Positions 60,640 to 64,000 of a DNA stretch of 64,000 nt are shown here, piece after piece. The notes under the pieces are model-generated. The model saw only the letters and a program-made list of their open reading frames with translations. It was not told the origin of the DNA and ran no database searches. Position numbers and translations under genes: made by a program. Position 1 is the stretch's first letter. Each line of letters opens with the position of its first letter. Source of the DNA: a candidate division FCPU426 bacterium (GTDB lineage: Bacteria; Oederibacteriota; Muellerivitia; Muellerivitales; Muellerivitaceae); assembly GCA_963738405.1 (NCBI GenBank), contig CAVTWJ010000002.1, positions 128,001-192,000 on the forward strand, read 5' to 3'.

Positions 60640-61566
60640 CTATAAAAGTTTTTTTATCCTCTTACGATAATTTTTAGCCGCTCCAAAATTTAGTTGTCGC
60701 ATATAAGCTGTTTTACCTTGCATTGATTTAAGCTCATTCGAATTAATCGATTTTCCATCAACGAGTTTTTGCTCCATATCTAATAATTGTTTTCGATATT
60801 CTCTCATTTTTTCTTTAGGGACATCAGGGCCATCCGTAACATCAACCCCCGGCGTTATTTTTCTTTCGCCGCTCAAACTCTGAAGAGTTTTTTCTGGATG
60901 CCATGTAAAACCATGATGTTCGATTGTCTTTTTTGCAGATTCGAGCATGTAATCTTTAGTTGAGGGCGGGCCAGATAAGCAGCCATCATCGCCATAAAAA
61001 GTAAATTCACCGTGAAATTTTTCGGCCACCTTTTTCAATTGGGCCGCAACACCATTGCCCTCTCCGTAGGCGATCAAAGCGGCTATTGCCGGACTCGTCA
61101 AAGCGCCCTGAGGTATTTCATCATTAAGGGTGGTTAGCTTTGCTAAACACCAGGCAACTTCCTTTGAAAGCTTCATGGTTTTCTCAAAAAATTTTAGTAC
61201 TCTCGTAAAATGAATACTTGGAAAAAAATCTTTTATATCGATCTTCACTAATACACTTGCACGAAAATGGGGTTTGGCGTTCGTTAAAATGCTTTTCCCT
61301 TTTGACCCGGTTTGCATGTAATCAGGCAAACTCATTCGACCCAAAATTAATTTTATCTTTTTTTGTAACTCTCTTAAATTTTTATTCGGATTAGATATCT
61401 TCCGCAATTTCCCTGATTTTTTTGGCTCGAATTTAATCCGATAATGCTTCCCTGTGTTGTCACAAATCCATCGCAATTGTTTTGGCGAAATGCCAAGAAA
61501 TGAACTCAATTCGTCAATCGAAGAGATGCTAATTTTTGTTTCATCGGAAGGAAGGTGGCTAAACAA
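60640..61566 (-). CDS. Retron-like reverse transcriptase
   Basis: PKKSGKLRKI, NAKPH (retron region X), DIKDFFPSI, PQGALTSP, YGDD, HPEKT, TPG at the VTG position. Confidence 0.9.
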   Translation of the reverse strand: MFSHLPSDETKISISSIDELSSFLGISPKQLRWICDNTGKHYRIKFEPKKSGKLRKISNPNKNLRELQKKIKLILGRMSLPDYMQTGSKGKSILTNAKPHFRASVLVKIDIKDFFPSIHFTRVLKFFEKTMKLSKEVAWCLAKLTTLNDEIPQGALTSPAIAALIAYGEGNGVAAQLKKVAEKFHGEFTFYGDDGCLSGPPSTKDYMLESAKKTIEHHGFTWHPEKTLQSLSGERKITPGVDVTDGPDVPKEKMREYRKQLLDMEQKLVDGKSINSNELKSMQGKTAYMRQLNFGAAKNYRKRIKKLL

Positions 61567-61774
61567 AACAAACGTCTCCGTTTTCCAACATATAGTTATT
61601 GATTATGGAATCCCACGCCGCCAATAACTCCGCCACCCACTTGATAACCCCCATCCCCTTGAAAAGAGCTGGAAGGATAAATAGGTAGGGCTTTAATAGC
61701 TGTCGGACCCGCCTTGAAGTACTTTCCCTTGAAACTTTTAACAAGGATTTCCTTCGGTTCGTCCTTTTGGCCAT
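61559..61774 (-). CDS. 71-aa basic/hydrophobic orphan protein, candidate RT-system effector
   Basis: AAAGGGGGTG RBS; stop overlaps the RT start; Arg/Lys-rich N-terminus then hydrophobic helix. Confidence 0.65.
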   Translation of the reverse strand: MAKRTNRRKSLLKVSRESTSRRVRQLLKPYLFILPALFKGMGVIKWVAELLAAWDSIINNYMLENGDVCFV

Positions 61775-61789
61775 GCTGATCACCCCCTT

Positions 61790-62095
61790 TGCATTAATTC
61801 GTGGACGTCAGGCGGACCGATTCGGAGTAAATAATCGGCTCCATAAATAACTAAATTCGCATTTTTCATGCGATTCAATTTTCTTAATAAGAACAAGAAA
61901 ATCTAAGAAATCAAGATTCTAAACTTTTAACCCATTGCCCAAAGATGCAAGGAGCAATAAAGAAGAACCAAGACTCTAGAACCACCGGCAATTGTTTCAA
62001 AAAAAATGGCAACCGGGGGGGTCTGTACGGTGGGGTGATTAACACCCATGTCCACTTCGGGGTGAGGCCTTTGCCTCCTTTCGAATTCTAAAATG
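61790..62095 (-). ncRNA. Candidate RT-associated ncRNA (msr/msd-like)
   Basis: End pairing AATTC+GTGGAC / GTCCAC+GAATT enclosing several hairpins, directly upstream of the small ORF and RT. Confidence 0.55.
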
Positions 62096-62224
62096 CTAAA
62101 TTTAATTTAAGGCGAGATGAATTTATTAACAAGGGGTTGGGATGTTTTAAAAAAAACGTCAAAAATGCGGAATTTTCACAAACAAGGGGGCAAGGCCCCT
62201 ATTTTATTCACAACGCAAATGGGT

Positions 62225-62824
62225 TTATTTCGGATGCACTGTAAAATTACTCCTGTTTTTTACTCGCCCGATTTTAGGAACATCACCTTTTGAAATACTT
62301 TTTAACAATTTTTTCAACTCATTAGATTGGCCATAAAAAACTTCGCCAGTCGATAATTGGACAAAAGCCCATCTTGCTTTAAAGAAGTCCCCAAGTGCAT
62401 AAAACCTAATGGGAATGCTAGCAAAAAACTCAGTTCTGCTTTCCAAAACTACCGGCCAATCCAAATCCTTTTGCAACCGGTTAAAAACCCTATTAGGTAT
62501 TTCTGCCGGAAATCTCGCCATATTCTTTTTCGCCTCAATTAACCCTACCATACGAACTTGAACCGGAAATGAAGATTTATTCACGATTTCCAAAATAACC
62601 TCAGTACTCATTTCTTCCTTTTGGGGTTTCCCGCCTTTTTCCCCGACAACAGTGACCGATATTAGGTGTGGTTTTATTAAAACTTTCGCTTTGTCCTTGT
62701 TTCGGTTATAGAAAAAATTAGCAAGACTCAACACAAACCCAAACCAAGCAGCCAGCATTGTTAGTATTCCTAAAACAATAGTTAAAATATCTTTCAGGGA
62801 TATGTCAGAAATGGTAAAGGTCAT
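62225..62824 (-). CDS. Hypothetical protein with N-terminal TM
   Basis: 199-aa ORF, AT-rich. Confidence 0.65.
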   Translation of the reverse strand: MTFTISDISLKDILTIVLGILTMLAAWFGFVLSLANFFYNRNKDKAKVLIKPHLISVTVVGEKGGKPQKEEMSTEVILEIVNKSSFPVQVRMVGLIEAKKNMARFPAEIPNRVFNRLQKDLDWPVVLESRTEFFASIPIRFYALGDFFKARWAFVQLSTGEVFYGQSNELKKLLKSISKGDVPKIGRVKNRSNFTVHPK

Positions 62825-62828
62825 CTTT

Positions 62829-63302
62829 TTAGTCCTTCAGTTTTTTGAGAAAACCAGAAATCTTTTCAGGCGACGTCCAATTACCACCCATTTGGCCGAA
62901 TTGGATAATTGGCTCGGAGGACCCATCCTTCATCACCCGAAAAATAGTTAGTGAATGCGGTTTTCGTGGAAACATAGAGCCGAGGAACGAAGCAACTCTA
63001 CCTGGAAAATCTGTTTTATTCCAAGTCAACGAAAAGGCTTCCGGCCCCTCTTCAAAAGGAATCACTCCATAGGCATAATCACCTTCAGGCGCCTCTTTCA
63101 TAATTCTTTTCCAATGGACTTCCAATTCATCAACAAAACGCTTTTTTTCTATGGGGTGGTCAAAATCTTCTCTTAAGTACTTGGAAGTCACATTTTCCTT
63201 AAAGCCACAAATACATTGGCCAAAATACTTAATGCCTTCCTCATCCCCACCTGAATAAACCGTTAGTTCTCTACCACACCGTTCACAAATGTACTTGTCC
63301 AT
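62829..63302 (-). CDS. Hypothetical protein with N-terminal Cys cluster
   Basis: CERC...CIC; GGAGAGG RBS. Confidence 0.65.
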   Translation of the reverse strand: MDKYICERCGRELTVYSGGDEEGIKYFGQCICGFKENVTSKYLREDFDHPIEKKRFVDELEVHWKRIMKEAPEGDYAYGVIPFEEGPEAFSLTWNKTDFPGRVASFLGSMFPRKPHSLTIFRVMKDGSSEPIIQFGQMGGNWTSPEKISGFLKKLKD

Positions 63303-63371
63303 TTAACCTCTCCAAAAAACAAAAGCGTAATCTTCTATGTTATCCAAGTGTCTTAGCCCGCCTACTAGAAA

Positions 63372-64000
63372 CTAGGATAACAGCCACTCCAGTTCCTCCC
63401 GTTTTAAGCCGCTCAAGAAACCTTTCTCACTCCCAAAAACAGCCTTGGCCAGTTTCCGCTTTTTCGCCTGCATCTCCAATATTTTCTCTTCCACCGTGCC
63501 CCGGGTGATGAGCCGATAGGCAAAAACATGCCGGGTCTGGCCGATGCGGTGGGCGCGGTCCATAGCTTGGGCCTCCACCGCCGGGTTCCACCAGGGGTCC
63601 AGCAGGTACACGTAATCCGCTGATGTTAGGTTAAGCCCAAGGCCGCCCGCCTTGAGGCTGATGAGGAAAAGTTTGCACTCGTCATCTTCCTGAAACCTTC
63701 TCACCTGCTCTTCCCTATCCCGGCTTTTACCGTCGAGATAGGCAGTGCCTAAATTCAAGGGCGCGAGGTGTTTACGGAAGATGGAAAGGAAAGAAGTGAA
63801 TTGGGAAAACACCAGTACCTTGTGCCCCTCAGACAAGACTTCCTGCAACTGGGGTATAAGCATTTCCAACTTGGCGCCCAAAAGATGTTTCTGGGCGGAA
63901 TCCACCAAACCCGGATGGCAGGCCACCTGGCGAAGCCTCAAGAGCGCTTCGAGGACGTGCATCTTCGATTTGTTTAAGCCTTGGCTCTCCACTTTTTCCA
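63372..64000 (-). CDS. SNF2-family helicase, C-terminal part (truncated by window)
   Basis: [53 protein letters not shown]. Confidence 0.95.
   Translation of the reverse strand, partial: EKVESQGLNKSKMHVLEALLRLRQVACHPGLVDSAQKHLLGAKLEMLIPQLQEVLSEGHKVLVFSQFTSFLSIFRKHLAPLNLGTAYLDGKSRDREEQVRRFQEDDECKLFLISLKAGGLGLNLTSADYVYLLDPWWNPAVEAQAMDRAHRIGQTRHVFAYRLITRGTVEEKILEMQAKKRKLAKAVFGSEKGFLSGLKREELEWLLS

Noticed and set aside
60640..61566. RT as group II intron, DGR or DRT2
   Set aside because: No maturase/endonuclease domain, no TR/VR pair seen, short length and NAxxH motif point to the retron lineage

Overview
Bacterial genomic window from a diderm organism (TonB system, outer-membrane barrels, lipoproteins). 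It is mostly GC-rich, with an AT-richer accessory tail at ~53.6-63.4 kb. Left to right: GH36 alpha-galactosidase; a glycan-modification locus (four-domain glycosyltransferase, degenerate L,D-transpeptidase-like protein, carbamoyltransferase); small hypotheticals; a metY-cysK-metX-metW operon behind a riboswitch-like leader that I cannot assign to a known class; a TonB-receptor/ExbBD/phosphoesterase cluster divergent from a CusRS-like two-component pair; a ~455-bp array of different palindromes; a FecR/OM-barrel/3953-aa repeat lipoprotein operon; and a TetR-controlled EmrAB pump. The tail is a cassette-like array in which four decayed copies of a GH94-type C-terminal fragment separate unrelated cargo: a frameshifted ParE/RelE-type TA pair, an NHL-SGNH protein, a lipase/FAD-oxidase operon and a retron-like reverse transcriptase locus. 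The best candidates for undescribed biology are the atypical retron-like RT (YGDD, TPG) with a ~300-nt structured leader and a coupled 71-aa orphan protein, the GH94-fragment-delimited cargo array, the met-operon leader RNA and the palindrome array. All family calls come from motif recognition by eye; no database searches were run.
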